From Clostridia bacterium (GTDB lineage Bacteria > Bacillota > Clostridia > UMGS1883): a stretch of 64,000 nucleotides of DNA. Both the position numbers and the translations under genes were made by a program. Below, one piece after another: positions 48,180 to 58,264 of the stretch. Below the pieces are notes generated by a model. The model saw only the letters and a program-made list of their open reading frames with translations. It had not been told where the DNA came from and did not search any database. Where the stretch lies: NCBI GenBank assembly GCA_045594665.1, contig JAZNYX010000062.1:98460-162459 (forward strand), given 5' to 3'. Each line of letters starts with the position of its first letter. The first letter of the stretch is position 1.

Positions 48180-48430
48180 TTTAGTATACATAAAGATACC
48201 TTTTTTGTCAACAATTTTTTTATTTTTTTAATTTTAGTCCATATTTTAGTTGAATTTCGTCTTTATATTTGTTATAATATATTAGATAGTATAATTATAT
48301 ATAAGGGCATTTATTAACAGTTTTTGTGTTTATTTTTTTATTATTAACAGCTTTGAAGCCCTTATATCCCTATAAAACGTGACTTATTAACAGGTTTTTT
48401 TAACAACCTTGTTAATAACTGTTAAAAAAT
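48180..48430. promoter_or_regulatory. oriC upstream box cluster with AT-rich unwinding region; four TTATTAACA repeats (48311-48319, 48341-48349, 48384-48392, and inverted at 48410-48418)
   Basis: rpmH-dnaA intergenic location; ~30-bp-spaced 9-mers resembling DnaA boxes (TTATNNACA); >85% AT stretch at 48200-48300. Confidence 0.6.
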
Positions 48431-48452
48431 TTTTTTGAAGGAATGTTTACTT

Positions 48453-49754
48453 ATGACATCTGATTTAATGCAGTTATGGACAGAGTGTCTTATTCTCATG
48501 GAGGACGAGGTTACGCCCGTAGGTTTTTCCACATGGATTAAAGACATTAAACCCGTTAAAATCAAGGATAATGTTTTAACCCTTTCCGTAAGCACAAACA
48601 TTATTAAAAACATGGTGGAGCTTCGTTACAGCGACCTTATAAAGAATACACTTACCGAAATAACAGGAAGATATTTTGAGGTTGAGTTTGTTATAGGCGA
48701 TAATTTTTATGAAAAAAGAAGACCTGCCTATTCAAATACATACGAAAAATATACCTTTGATAATTTCGTTGTAGGTAATTCAAACAGGTTCGCACAGAGT
48801 GCTTCTCTTGCGGTTGCAGAGGCTCCTGCTTATGCTTACAATCCTCTTTTCCTCTATGGAGGAGTAGGTCTTGGTAAGACGCATCTGATGCATGCTATCG
48901 GAAATTATATAAAGAGCAATAATCCTGATGCAAGGATTGAGTTTTTAAGTGCGGAAACCTTTACCAATGAGCTTATAAATTCAATTAAGGATAATACAAA
49001 CCAGGAATTTCGTGATAAGTACAGAAATATAGATGTTCTCTTGGTGGACGATATTCAGTTTATTGCAGGCAAAACTACTACAGAGGAAGAATTTTTCCAT
49101 ACATTTAACGCTCTGCATGAAGCAAATAAGCAGATAGTACTTACAAGTGACCGTCCTCCCAGCGAAATTAAAACATTGGAGGAAAGGCTTCGCAGTAGAT
49201 TTGGATGGGGACTGATGTGCGAAATACAAAGCCCCGATTACGAAACGAGAATGGCTATTTTAAGAAAAAAAGCCCAGGATGACGGAGTCCTCATAAGCGA
49301 CGATATAATTGAATTTATTGCACAAAAAATAAAATCAAATATACGTGAGCTTGAAGGAGTATTTAACAGAGTTGTTGCTTACCGCGGACTTATTAACAAG
49401 GAAATAACAATTGACGTTGCAATGGAGGCCCTTAAGGATTACGGGGATTCAAAGGAAAAGAAAATAACTCCCGAATATATAATAGAGGCCTGTGCAAATT
49501 TTTATAATGTTAAGAAAGAAGATATTTTTTCCGAAAAAAGGACAAAGGATGTGGCATTTGCCCGTCAGGTTTCTATTTATATAATAAGAGAAATTACTAA
49601 TTTCTCATTTCCTAAAATAGGCTCTTTCTTCGGAAAAGACCATGCTACAGCCATTTACGCCATAAAGCAGGTTACAAAAGCAATGGAAAATGATATAGGT
49701 ATAAAAGTTAACATTGAAGGTCTTATAAATGATATTAAAGGATCTAATAACTAA
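48453..49754 (+). CDS. dnaA: chromosomal replication initiator protein DnaA
   Basis: AAA+ motifs (GGVGLGKTHL, VDDIQF) and C-terminal DNA-binding domain. GAAGGA ribosome-binding site before the ATG at 48453. Confidence 0.95.
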   Translation: MTSDLMQLWTECLILMEDEVTPVGFSTWIKDIKPVKIKDNVLTLSVSTNIIKNMVELRYSDLIKNTLTEITGRYFEVEFVIGDNFYEKRRPAYSNTYEKYTFDNFVVGNSNRFAQSASLAVAEAPAYAYNPLFLYGGVGLGKTHLMHAIGNYIKSNNPDARIEFLSAETFTNELINSIKDNTNQEFRDKYRNIDVLLVDDIQFIAGKTTTEEEFFHTFNALHEANKQIVLTSDRPPSEIKTLEERLRSRFGWGLMCEIQSPDYETRMAILRKKAQDDGVLISDDIIEFIAQKIKSNIRELEGVFNRVVAYRGLINKEITIDVAMEALKDYGDSKEKKITPEYIIEACANFYNVKKEDIFSEKRTKDVAFARQVSIYIIREITNFSFPKIGSFFGKDHATAIYAIKQVTKAMENDIGIKVNIEGLINDIKGSNN

Positions 49755-49875
49755 CAGTTTTCTGTTAATTAACAGTCAGCCTTAAAAACTTTCAAATTTT
49801 ATTTACAGCTTTTTTAACAGGGTTATTGTTTTATAAATCCTTTTATAAAGTACCTTTTGAAAGTTATTGACAGTT
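49745..49875. promoter_or_regulatory. oriC downstream box cluster (dnaA-dnaN spacer): TAACTAACA, palindromic TGTTAATTAACA, TTTTAACAG, TTATTGACA
   Basis: Repeated TTAT/TAAT-NNACA 9-mers in the classic second oriC region. Confidence 0.5.
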
Positions 49876-49951
49876 TAAACCTTACTACTGTTACTCTATT
49901 ATTTAATATTATTATATATTATATATTCGGTCTGAAAGGATGAAATAAAAA

Positions 49952-51052
49952 ATGAAATTTTTCTGTGATACAAAAGCTTTTTCGGAAGCAATAAATATTG
50001 TTTCAAAGGCAGTTGCCGTTAAATCTCCCATTCCTCATTTAGAAGGAATCCTTCTTGATGCAAAGGGAGGTACTCTTACTCTTTTATCAAATAACCTTGA
50101 AATTTCAATTAAGACTTCCATAAGTGCAAATATAAGCGAGGAAGGAAGAATTGTTCTTAACGCAAAAATGCTTAATGATATTGTAAGAAAGCTTCCCCAG
50201 GATGTTTGTGAAGTTAATACAAATGAAAAATATAATGTTTCTATTATATGCAAAAACGCAGACTACAAAATTGTGGGACTTAATGCTGATGAATTTCCTC
50301 AGCCTCCCATGGTTGCAAAAAAAAGCAGTGTTACATTAAAAAGCGAAAAGCTTCGTGAAATAATAGGGAAAACTCTTTTTGCAGTATCTCTTGACAATGC
50401 AAGAAAGATTTTAACAGGTTCTCTTTATGAAATAGAAAATAATACCCTTACCGTTGTAGCCGTTGACGGCTACAGACTTGCTCTTACAAAAATGGAGCTT
50501 GAGGGTGAGTATGAGGATGCTAAATTCATAATTCCCGGAAAAACACAAAGCGAAATTTCAAAAATTATCAGCGGAAACAAGGAAGATGATATAAAAATAT
50601 CCTTCAGTGAAAATTATGCTCTTATAGAGGGTGAAGGAGTTACAATTACATCACGCCTTATAGAGGGTGAATTTTTCTCGTACCGCAACACAATCCCCGC
50701 AGAATCAAAATATATTGTTAAAACGGACTCGTATGCCTTTACAAAGGCTATTGAGCGTGTAGAGCCTATTATAGACGAAGTAAGCAAAAACTGCGTCAGA
50801 TTTAAATTTGGTGACGGAAATATAGTTATAAGCTGTGAAACAGTTTTAGGTAAAGTAAATGATGTTGTTGAATGTGATTACTTTGGCGAAGCTGTGGAAA
50901 TTGGTTTTAACTATAAATATCTCCATGATGCAGTTTCAAGATGTGAGGGAGACGAAATAGAGCTTAAAATGAATTCTCCTTTTAATCCTCTTATAATTAA
51001 TTCAGTAGATGACGAGAGCTGTCTTTTCATGGTTCTTCCCGTGAGAATATAA
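49952..51052 (+). CDS. dnaN: DNA polymerase III beta sliding clamp
   Basis: 366 aa, three-domain clamp, conserved position after dnaA. Confidence 0.95.
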   Translation: MKFFCDTKAFSEAINIVSKAVAVKSPIPHLEGILLDAKGGTLTLLSNNLEISIKTSISANISEEGRIVLNAKMLNDIVRKLPQDVCEVNTNEKYNVSIICKNADYKIVGLNADEFPQPPMVAKKSSVTLKSEKLREIIGKTLFAVSLDNARKILTGSLYEIENNTLTVVAVDGYRLALTKMELEGEYEDAKFIIPGKTQSEISKIISGNKEDDIKISFSENYALIEGEGVTITSRLIEGEFFSYRNTIPAESKYIVKTDSYAFTKAIERVEPIIDEVSKNCVRFKFGDGNIVISCETVLGKVNDVVECDYFGEAVEIGFNYKYLHDAVSRCEGDEIELKMNSPFNPLIINSVDDESCLFMVLPVRI

Positions 51053-51063
51053 GAGGTAAAAAA

Positions 51064-51270
51064 ATGGAAAAAATAGAAATAACAACAGAATTTATAAAGC
51101 TTGACAGTGCTCTTAAATTCTCAGGTATAGCAGAAAACGGAGTACATGCAAAGGAGCTTATTTTAGATGGAGAAGTAGAGGTAAACGGAGAAATAGAGCT
51201 TCGCCGCGGAAAAAAGCTTTATAAAGGTGATAAATTTAAAATTTTTGATGAGGAATATGAAATAGGATGA
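51064..51270 (+). CDS. yaaA: S4-domain RNA-binding protein YaaA
   Basis: 68 aa between dnaN and recF. Confidence 0.8.
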   Translation: MEKIEITTEFIKLDSALKFSGIAENGVHAKELILDGEVEVNGEIELRRGKKLYKGDKFKIFDEEYEIG

Positions 51271-52346
51271 GAGCCTCAGAGTTAAATCTTTATAATTTCA
51301 GAAACTATGAAAACGAAAAAATTTCTTTCGGCGATGAAGTAAATATAATATACGGTGACAACGGTATGGGTAAAACCAATATACTCGAGGCTGTTTATTA
51401 TTTTTCATACGGAAGAAGCTTCAGAAACGTAGGACGGGAAATTATAAAAGACGGTGAAAAAGAAAGTGCCATATCCCTTAATTTTGAAAATGAAGACAGA
51501 AAATATGAGGGCAGAATAAAATTTTTAGGCGGAAAAAGAAAAGAAATATATATAAACGACATTGAATTAAAAAAGACAAGTGAACTTTTGGGAAATTTTA
51601 TATGTGTTCTTTTTACTCCCGATGAGATGAGTATTATAAAGGGAATGCCTGAAATGAGGAGAAAATTTTGCGACAGTGCAATAATGCCTCTTCGTCCCGG
51701 ATTTATAAAAGAGCTGATAAGATACAGAAATATAGTTAATCAGAAAACGGCTCTTTTAAAATCAAGAGATTATAAAACTCTCGATATATGGAATGAAAAG
51801 CTCTCGGAATCGGGAAGTAAAATAATGATGATGAGGTCAAGCTATATAGAAAGAGTAAAGGAAAAGGCAAAGGAAATACAAAAAGAAATTTCAAAGGAAA
51901 AAGAGGACCTTGAAATTATATATAATCCGTCTGTTAAAATTGGTGATGATATTACAAAAACCAAAGAAAATTATATAAAAAAATTAAATGAATATACAGA
52001 AAAAGAAAAAGAAAATTTTTTCTGTATGGCGGGCGTTCACAGGGACGAAATAGACTTTTTTATAAACGGAAAAAACGCAAAAAATTATGCAAGTCAGGGC
52101 CAGATAAGGACAGCAGTTTTATGTCTTAAAACAGCCCAGATGGAGATAATAAAGGAAGAAACGGGAAATTATCCCGTAATGCTTTTAGATGATATATTAA
52201 GTGAGCTTGATAAAAAAAGGCGTGATTTTTTAACAAGTCAGATAAAAGGAAAACAGATAATAATAACATGTACCGATATTGAAAATTCATTTATAAGTGA
52301 AAATTCAAATATTATACAAATCAAAGACGGCAAAAAGGTGATATAA
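51267..52346 (+). CDS. recF: DNA replication and repair protein RecF
   Basis: Walker A GDNGMGKTN, SMC-like signature region. Confidence 0.9.
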   Translation: MRASELNLYNFRNYENEKISFGDEVNIIYGDNGMGKTNILEAVYYFSYGRSFRNVGREIIKDGEKESAISLNFENEDRKYEGRIKFLGGKRKEIYINDIELKKTSELLGNFICVLFTPDEMSIIKGMPEMRRKFCDSAIMPLRPGFIKELIRYRNIVNQKTALLKSRDYKTLDIWNEKLSESGSKIMMMRSSYIERVKEKAKEIQKEISKEKEDLEIIYNPSVKIGDDITKTKENYIKKLNEYTEKEKENFFCMAGVHRDEIDFFINGKNAKNYASQGQIRTAVLCLKTAQMEIIKEETGNYPVMLLDDILSELDKKRRDFLTSQIKGKQIIITCTDIENSFISENSNIIQIKDGKKVI

Positions 52347-52348
52347 AA

Positions 52349-52621
52349 ATGTTTATTCATATTGGAGAGGGAAAAGTTTTAAGAAAAAAAGAAATAGTTG
52401 GAATCTTTGATCTGGAAAACACGTCGGTAAGCAAAAAAACAAGAGAATTTCTCCGCAAAAGCGAAAAAGAAAAAAAAGTTGAGTACTTAGGGGAAGAAAT
52501 TCCAAGGACATATGTGGTAACAAAGTCGAAAGAGAAAAAGAGTGTTTATATGACGCAGATTTCTGTACAGACACTTATTAAAAGAGCAGAAAGGAATGAG
52601 TCTATTGGAACAGAAAGTTAA
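52349..52621 (+). CDS. DUF370 protein (RemB/YaaB-like) between recF and gyrB
   Basis: 90 aa, conserved syntenic small protein. Confidence 0.7.
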   Translation: MFIHIGEGKVLRKKEIVGIFDLENTSVSKKTREFLRKSEKEKKVEYLGEEIPRTYVVTKSKEKKSVYMTQISVQTLIKRAERNESIGTES

Positions 52622-54542
52622 TAATTCATATGACGAAACCCAAATTCAGGTATTGGAGGGTCTTGAAGCCGTAAGAAAAAGACCCGGTATGTACATCGGT
52701 TCTACATCTGCAAGGGGTCTTCATCACCTTGTTTACGAAATAGTGGACAACAGTATAGATGAAGCATTGGCAGGATACTGTACGCAAATCGATGTTACAA
52801 TAAATGAGGACAATTCAATTACCGTAAAGGATAACGGACGAGGTATGCCCCACGGTATTCATCCGAAAATGGGAATTTCCACAATAGACGTTATTTTTAC
52901 GGTGCTTCATGCGGGCGGAAAGTTCGGCGGCGGCGGATATAAGGTTTCGGGCGGTCTTCACGGCGTTGGTGCTTCTGTTGTAAATGCTCTTTCCACAAAG
53001 CTTGAGGTAGAGGTACACGACGGTGAAAATATATGGTTCCAGAGCTATAAGAGAGGTGTTCCCGACGGAGAAGTTCATACTATAGGAAAAACCGACAGAA
53101 CGGGTACACAGGTTACTTTCTGGGCGGACGGAGAAATTTTTGAGGAAACTGTTTACGATTATGATATTCTTCTTAAAAGGCTTCGTGAACAGGCATTCTT
53201 AAACGGCGGTATAAAAATTATTTTCAAGGATGAAAGAGAAGAAAAGAGAGAGGAAATTCTTCATTACGACGGAGGTATAAAGAACTTCGTTTCTTATCTT
53301 CTTGACGATAAAAAGAGCAGAAAAGATACACTTTCCGAGATTCATCCCGAGGTAATATATGTAAGCGGAGAGAAAAACGGCTCTATGGCAGAGGTTGCTC
53401 TTCAGTGGAATAACGGGTATGATGAAGTAATTGAGTCTTTTGCAAATAATATTTCAACAACCGAGGGCGGTACTCACGAAACAGGCTTTAAAGCGGCTCT
53501 TACAAAGGTACTTGTTGAATACGGAAAAAAATATAAAATAATAAAGGATAATGAGGAGCTAACGGGTGAGGACGCAAGAGAAGGTCTTATAGCCGTAATT
53601 TCCGTAAAGCTTGAAGAACCTCAGTTTGAGGGACAAACCAAGACAAAGCTCGGAAACAGCGAAATACGCGGACTTGTGGAAAACATGCTCCGTGAAAAGC
53701 TTGCAGATTTTCTTGAGGAAAATCCCGTTGTCGGTAAAACGATAATTGAAAAAGCCCTTATGGCATCCCGTGCGAGAATTGCGGCAAGAAAGGCACGTGA
53801 AGCAAACAGAAAAACGCCATTGGGTTCAAGCAGCCTTCCCGGTAAGCTTACCGACTGTATCGTAAAAGACCCCACAATGACGGAAATTTATATCGTCGAG
53901 GGTGATAGTGCCGGAGGCAGTGCTAAAAGCGGCCGTGACAGTAAATATCAGGCAATTCTTCCTCTCTGGGGTAAGATGCTTAATGTTGAAAAGGCGAGAG
54001 AGGACAAGGTATACGGAAACGATAAGCTCACTCCCGTAATCCAAGCATTGGGAACAGGTATAGGAGCAGAATTCAATATTGAAAAGCTCCGTTACGATAA
54101 GGTTATTATAATGGCCGATGCCGACGTTGACGGTGCTCATATTCAGACGCTTCTTCTTACATTCTTCTTCAGATTCATGCGTGAACTTGTGGAACAAGGT
54201 CATATATACCTTGCAAAACCTCCGCTTTATAAGGTTTCAAGAGGAAAGAGAAGTCAGGTGGCATTCAGTGATGAAGAAAGAGATAAAATAAGTGAAGAAC
54301 TTAAAAACGGTGATTTAAATGCAAAGGTTGATATAAGCCGTTACAAAGGTCTTGGTGAAATGGACCCCGACGAGCTCTGGGAAACAACAATGGATCCAAA
54401 GAGCAGAATTCTTCTCAAGGTTACATTGGAGGATGCACAAAAAGCTGACGAAATATTCAGTATTCTCATGGGCGATGAGGTAGAGCCGAGACGCCAATTT
54501 ATTGAAGAAAATGCACAGTACGTTACCAATTTGGATGTATAA
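52596..54542 (+). CDS. gyrB: DNA gyrase subunit B
   Basis: GHKL ATPase motifs, Toprim (EGDSAGG), [13 protein letters not shown]-like region. Confidence 0.95.
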   Translation: MSLLEQKVNNSYDETQIQVLEGLEAVRKRPGMYIGSTSARGLHHLVYEIVDNSIDEALAGYCTQIDVTINEDNSITVKDNGRGMPHGIHPKMGISTIDVIFTVLHAGGKFGGGGYKVSGGLHGVGASVVNALSTKLEVEVHDGENIWFQSYKRGVPDGEVHTIGKTDRTGTQVTFWADGEIFEETVYDYDILLKRLREQAFLNGGIKIIFKDEREEKREEILHYDGGIKNFVSYLLDDKKSRKDTLSEIHPEVIYVSGEKNGSMAEVALQWNNGYDEVIESFANNISTTEGGTHETGFKAALTKVLVEYGKKYKIIKDNEELTGEDAREGLIAVISVKLEEPQFEGQTKTKLGNSEIRGLVENMLREKLADFLEENPVVGKTIIEKALMASRARIAARKAREANRKTPLGSSSLPGKLTDCIVKDPTMTEIYIVEGDSAGGSAKSGRDSKYQAILPLWGKMLNVEKAREDKVYGNDKLTPVIQALGTGIGAEFNIEKLRYDKVIIMADADVDGAHIQTLLLTFFFRFMRELVEQGHIYLAKPPLYKVSRGKRSQVAFSDEERDKISEELKNGDLNAKVDISRYKGLGEMDPDELWETTMDPKSRILLKVTLEDAQKADEIFSILMGDEVEPRRQFIEENAQYVTNLDV

Positions 54543-54724
54543 CATCCTTTCGAAGCGAAAAGTTTCTTTCGAAAATATTTCGCTTCGAGTAAGGGGCTTT
54601 CGCTCGCGCACCGCTCACCGCGGTAGCCCCTGCAAGGAGTCAAAAACGAGGTTCACGCCCCCGTTTTTGACAAATTTAATTGTCAAGGGGTAAACCCCTT
54701 AACAAACCCCACATTCTATGGGGA
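54533..54724 (-). repeat. ~180-bp hairpin-rich element, copy 2 (gyrB-gyrA spacer); inverted partner of 43885-44063
   Basis: Reverse complement aligns with copy 1 at ~92% identity; most differences fall in loops. Its first hairpin (ggatgtataacatcc) contains the gyrB stop codon. Confidence 0.7.
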
Positions 54725-54743
54725 GCGAAAGGAAATAAATGAT

Positions 54744-57269
54744 ATGGCTAAGAACAAAAAATACGAAGATTCCCATTTTGAGGAATATTTTGATACACAA
54801 ACCATTGTTGATATAGACATTGAAAAAAGAATGAAGGAGGCATTTATTGATTACGCTATGAGCGTTATCGTAAGCCGTGCACTCCCCGACGTGCGTGACG
54901 GTTTAAAGCCCGTTCACAGAAGAATTCTTTATTCAATGTATGAAGAAAATCTTACTCACGACAAGCCTTTCTTCAAATCGGCTACAACCGTAGGTAATGT
55001 TATCGGTAGGTATCACCCCCATGGTGATGCTTCGGTTTACGATGCACTTGTAAGAATGGCGCAGGATTTCTCTATGCGTTATCCGCTTATAGAAGGTCAC
55101 GGAAACTTTGGTAGCGTGGACGGAGACCCGCCTGCTGCATACCGTTACACGGAAGCAAGAATGAGCAAGCTTTCAAATGTTCTTCTCGAAAATATTGAAA
55201 AGGACACTGTTGATTTTGCTCCCAACTTTGATGAAAAGAGAAAGGAGCCTACCATTCTTCCCACAAGAATCCCTACACTTTTGGTTAACGGAAGCAGCGG
55301 TATTGCCGTTGGTATGGCTACAAATATTCCCCCTCACAACCTTACGGAAGTTCTTAATGGTGCAATGGCACAGATTGATAATCCCGATATAACCGTAGAG
55401 GAGCTTATGGAGCATATTCAGGGTCCCGACTTCCCCACAAGCGGTACAATTATGGGCAGAAGCGGTATCAGAAGTGCGTACAACACCGGCAGAGGAAAGG
55501 TTGTAATCCGTGCAAAGGCTGATATTGAAGAGCATAAGGATGGAACAAGCTCTATTATAGTTACACAGCTTCCTTATCAGGTTAATAAAAAAATGCTGGT
55601 TGAATCCATTGCGGCACTTGTTAAGGATAAGAAGATTGAAGGTCTTTCTGACATAGATGACCATTCTTCAGACCGTGTCGGTATACGTCTTGAAATTTTC
55701 TTAAAGAGAGATGCAAACCCCCACGTTGTACTTAATCAGCTTTATAAATATACAAGGCTTCAGGACAGTTTCAGTATAAACTTACTCGCAATTTGTGACG
55801 GTAAGCCCAAAACAATGGGTCTTAAAGAGGTTCTTGATAATTTCATCAACTTCCAGAAAGAAATAGTTACACGCCGTACAAAATATGACCTTGCAAAAGC
55901 AGAAGCAAGAATGCATATATTGGAAGGCCTCCGCATTGCACTTGCAAATATTGATGAAGTTATTGAAGTAATCAGAAATTCCTATGATGATGCTAAGGAA
56001 AATCTGATGGCTCGCTTCGGACTTTCCGAAATTCAGGCACAGAGCGTTCTTGATATGCGTCTGGCACAGCTCCAGAAACTGAACGGCGAAAAGATTGACG
56101 AAGAATTTAACGAGCTTACACTCAGAGTGGAGCAGTTTAAGGCACTTCTTGCCGATGAGCATCTTCTTATGGAGCAGATTAAGAAGGAGCTTACAGAAAT
56201 CCGCGATAAATTCGGTGATGAAAGAAAGACAGCCATTGAAAATGTAATGACTGAAATTGATATAGAGGACCTTATTGAAGAGGAAGAAAGTGTATATACC
56301 CTTACAAACAGCGGATATATAAAGAGAATCCCTGCCTCCACATACCAGAGCCAGCACCGAGGCGGCAAGGGAATCAAGGGTATGGGAACAAAGGAAGAGG
56401 ACTTTGTAGAAAGCATTATTGTGGCATCAACCCATGACCACATGCTGTTCTTCTCCTCAAAGGGCAGAATGTACAGAATGAAGGGTTATCAGATTCCCGA
56501 AGCAAGCCGTCAGGCAAAGGGAAGCGCTATTGTAAACCTTCTTCCCATTGAAAAGGACGAAAAGATAACTGCCGTAATTGCACTTCGCGAGTTTGAGGAT
56601 GATAAGTATCTTCTTATGTGTACAAGAAACGGCGTTATAAAGAAAACTGCCGTAACAGATTATGATACCTCAAGAAAAGGCGGTATTATAGGTATTTCCC
56701 TTGATGAGGGCGACGAGCTTATTAAGGTTGAGCTTACAAACGGTGAAAATGAAGTAATCGTAGGTACCTATAACGGTATGGCAATCAGGTTCAATGAGAA
56801 AGATGTACGCTCCATGGGCAGAGTAACAAGAGGCGTTAAAGCCATTACCCTCCGCGGTGACGACTATATTATAGGAATGTGCCTTGCAACAGAGGATACA
56901 CAGCTTCTTGCCGTAACGGAAAACGGCTACGGAAAGAGAACCGAGCTTTCCGAATACCGTGTGCAGAGCCGCGGCGGCGTAGGTATAAAGACCTATAAGT
57001 GCAGCGAAATAACGGGTAACGTAATAGGAATAAGATCCGTAAAGGACGGAGAAGATATTATTATGATTACCTCTGAGGGAATAATTATAAGGATTCCCGC
57101 AAGCGGTATAAGCACCATAGGAAGAAGTACAAAGGGTGTAAGACTGATGCGACTAAATGACGGCGTAAAGGTTGTTTCCATGGGCATTACCGAGCATGAG
57201 GAAGAAGAGGAAGAAGCAGAGGAAACAGACGCACAGCTCCCCGAGGAAAATGAATCTATAGAGGAATAA
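54744..57269 (+). CDS. gyrA: DNA gyrase subunit A
   Basis: Active-site region (AAMRYTE-like ...[11 protein letters not shown]), β-pinwheel C-terminal domain, acidic tail. Confidence 0.95.
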   Translation: MAKNKKYEDSHFEEYFDTQTIVDIDIEKRMKEAFIDYAMSVIVSRALPDVRDGLKPVHRRILYSMYEENLTHDKPFFKSATTVGNVIGRYHPHGDASVYDALVRMAQDFSMRYPLIEGHGNFGSVDGDPPAAYRYTEARMSKLSNVLLENIEKDTVDFAPNFDEKRKEPTILPTRIPTLLVNGSSGIAVGMATNIPPHNLTEVLNGAMAQIDNPDITVEELMEHIQGPDFPTSGTIMGRSGIRSAYNTGRGKVVIRAKADIEEHKDGTSSIIVTQLPYQVNKKMLVESIAALVKDKKIEGLSDIDDHSSDRVGIRLEIFLKRDANPHVVLNQLYKYTRLQDSFSINLLAICDGKPKTMGLKEVLDNFINFQKEIVTRRTKYDLAKAEARMHILEGLRIALANIDEVIEVIRNSYDDAKENLMARFGLSEIQAQSVLDMRLAQLQKLNGEKIDEEFNELTLRVEQFKALLADEHLLMEQIKKELTEIRDKFGDERKTAIENVMTEIDIEDLIEEEESVYTLTNSGYIKRIPASTYQSQHRGGKGIKGMGTKEEDFVESIIVASTHDHMLFFSSKGRMYRMKGYQIPEASRQAKGSAIVNLLPIEKDEKITAVIALREFEDDKYLLMCTRNGVIKKTAVTDYDTSRKGGIIGISLDEGDELIKVELTNGENEVIVGTYNGMAIRFNEKDVRSMGRVTRGVKAITLRGDDYIIGMCLATEDTQLLAVTENGYGKRTELSEYRVQSRGGVGIKTYKCSEITGNVIGIRSVKDGEDIIMITSEGIIIRIPASGISTIGRSTKGVRLMRLNDGVKVVSMGITEHEEEEEEAEETDAQLPEENESIEE

Positions 57270-57272
57270 ATT

Positions 57273-57977
57273 ATGAATAATAAAGATAATGAAGAAACCA
57301 TGATTTTTACTCCTGTAGAGAAACAGGCGGATTCAGATGAAAATGCCTTGGAATTTAACGATGATTACATTGAAGAAGAGCTTATGAATAAAGAAGAACC
57401 CGTGGAAAAGGGAAATAAAGCTCTTATATACACTCTTGTGATTCTTTGTATTCTTCTTGTTATTGCAATAAGTGCAGTATTTCTGCTTTTAAGCACAAGC
57501 AGCCGGGAAAAAAACGAAAACCAAAATCAGGGCGGAGATATAATTTTGGAGGAAAAAGAGCCTTCCGAAGAAAAAGAAGAAGAGGAAGAAGCGGTAGAAA
57601 TTATCTCCTGCAGTATTGTTTTTTACGGCGAGAGTGCGGTGGAAAGTGACGAAGGCTATGTAATTACCGCAAAAGTAACCGATAATAAAACACAAAGGCA
57701 GAAAAAAAAGCATCTTTTGATAGATGACGATACGGAAATCAGAATCAATGGAAAAAGAGTGGCACCGGATTCCTTTATATATCTTCTGGAAGAAAAAAAT
57801 GAGGAAGCCTTGGTCTTTGATTCAAAGGTTGATGAGGAAAATGAGTATATAACCTATATTTCATTTGACGGCGATCTGAGCGAAAAAGAAGAAGAGGAAG
57901 AAGAACCTCCCGCAGAAGAAACTGAGGAAAATCCCGAAGAAGAGGAAATTATAGAGGGAATTAATTTACAAGAATAA
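57273..57977 (+). CDS. hypothetical single-pass membrane protein with highly acidic low-complexity segments
   Basis: 234 aa, one transmembrane helix (LIYTLVILCILLVIAISAVFLLL), E-rich repeats. Confidence 0.4.
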   Translation: MNNKDNEETMIFTPVEKQADSDENALEFNDDYIEEELMNKEEPVEKGNKALIYTLVILCILLVIAISAVFLLLSTSSREKNENQNQGGDIILEEKEPSEEKEEEEEAVEIISCSIVFYGESAVESDEGYVITAKVTDNKTQRQKKKHLLIDDDTEIRINGKRVAPDSFIYLLEEKNEEALVFDSKVDEENEYITYISFDGDLSEKEEEEEEPPAEETEENPEEEEIIEGINLQE

Positions 57978-57978
57978 A

Positions 57979-58020
57979 AGAAGGATGTACCTAATTAAAG
58001 GTACATCCTTCTTTTTATTT
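57979..58020 (+). terminator. rho-independent terminator
   Basis: aaggatgtacctaattaaaggtacatcctt + ctttttattttt. Confidence 0.65.
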
Positions 58021-58043
58021 TTAGGGGATCGGAAAAAATGATT

Positions 58044-58175
58044 CAGAACGGACAAACTGAGCCACGGCTTGCCGTGGGTTACCCGAAGGCGTACGTGGGT
58101 ACGTCGAGAGGCGAAGTTTGTTCGTAGCAAAAAGGCTTAAAAAACATCGAAAAATCGAAAAAATGAGATTTTTCA
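58044..58175 (+). ncRNA. family-1 structured element, copy D
   Basis: cagaaCGGACAAACtgag-[ccacggcttgccgtgg]-gttaCCCGAAGG-[cgtacgtgggtacg]-tCGAGAGGCGAAG-TTTGTTCG-TAGCAAAAAGgctt, then hairpin gaaaaatc..gatttttc. Confidence 0.55.
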
Positions 58176-58264
58176 ACCAAATTAAGAGCTTCTACAAAAT
58201 ACAAACAAGCTTAATTCCATATTATTATCGCCTTTTTGCGTTCTGGACTTTTTTTACATCCCCA

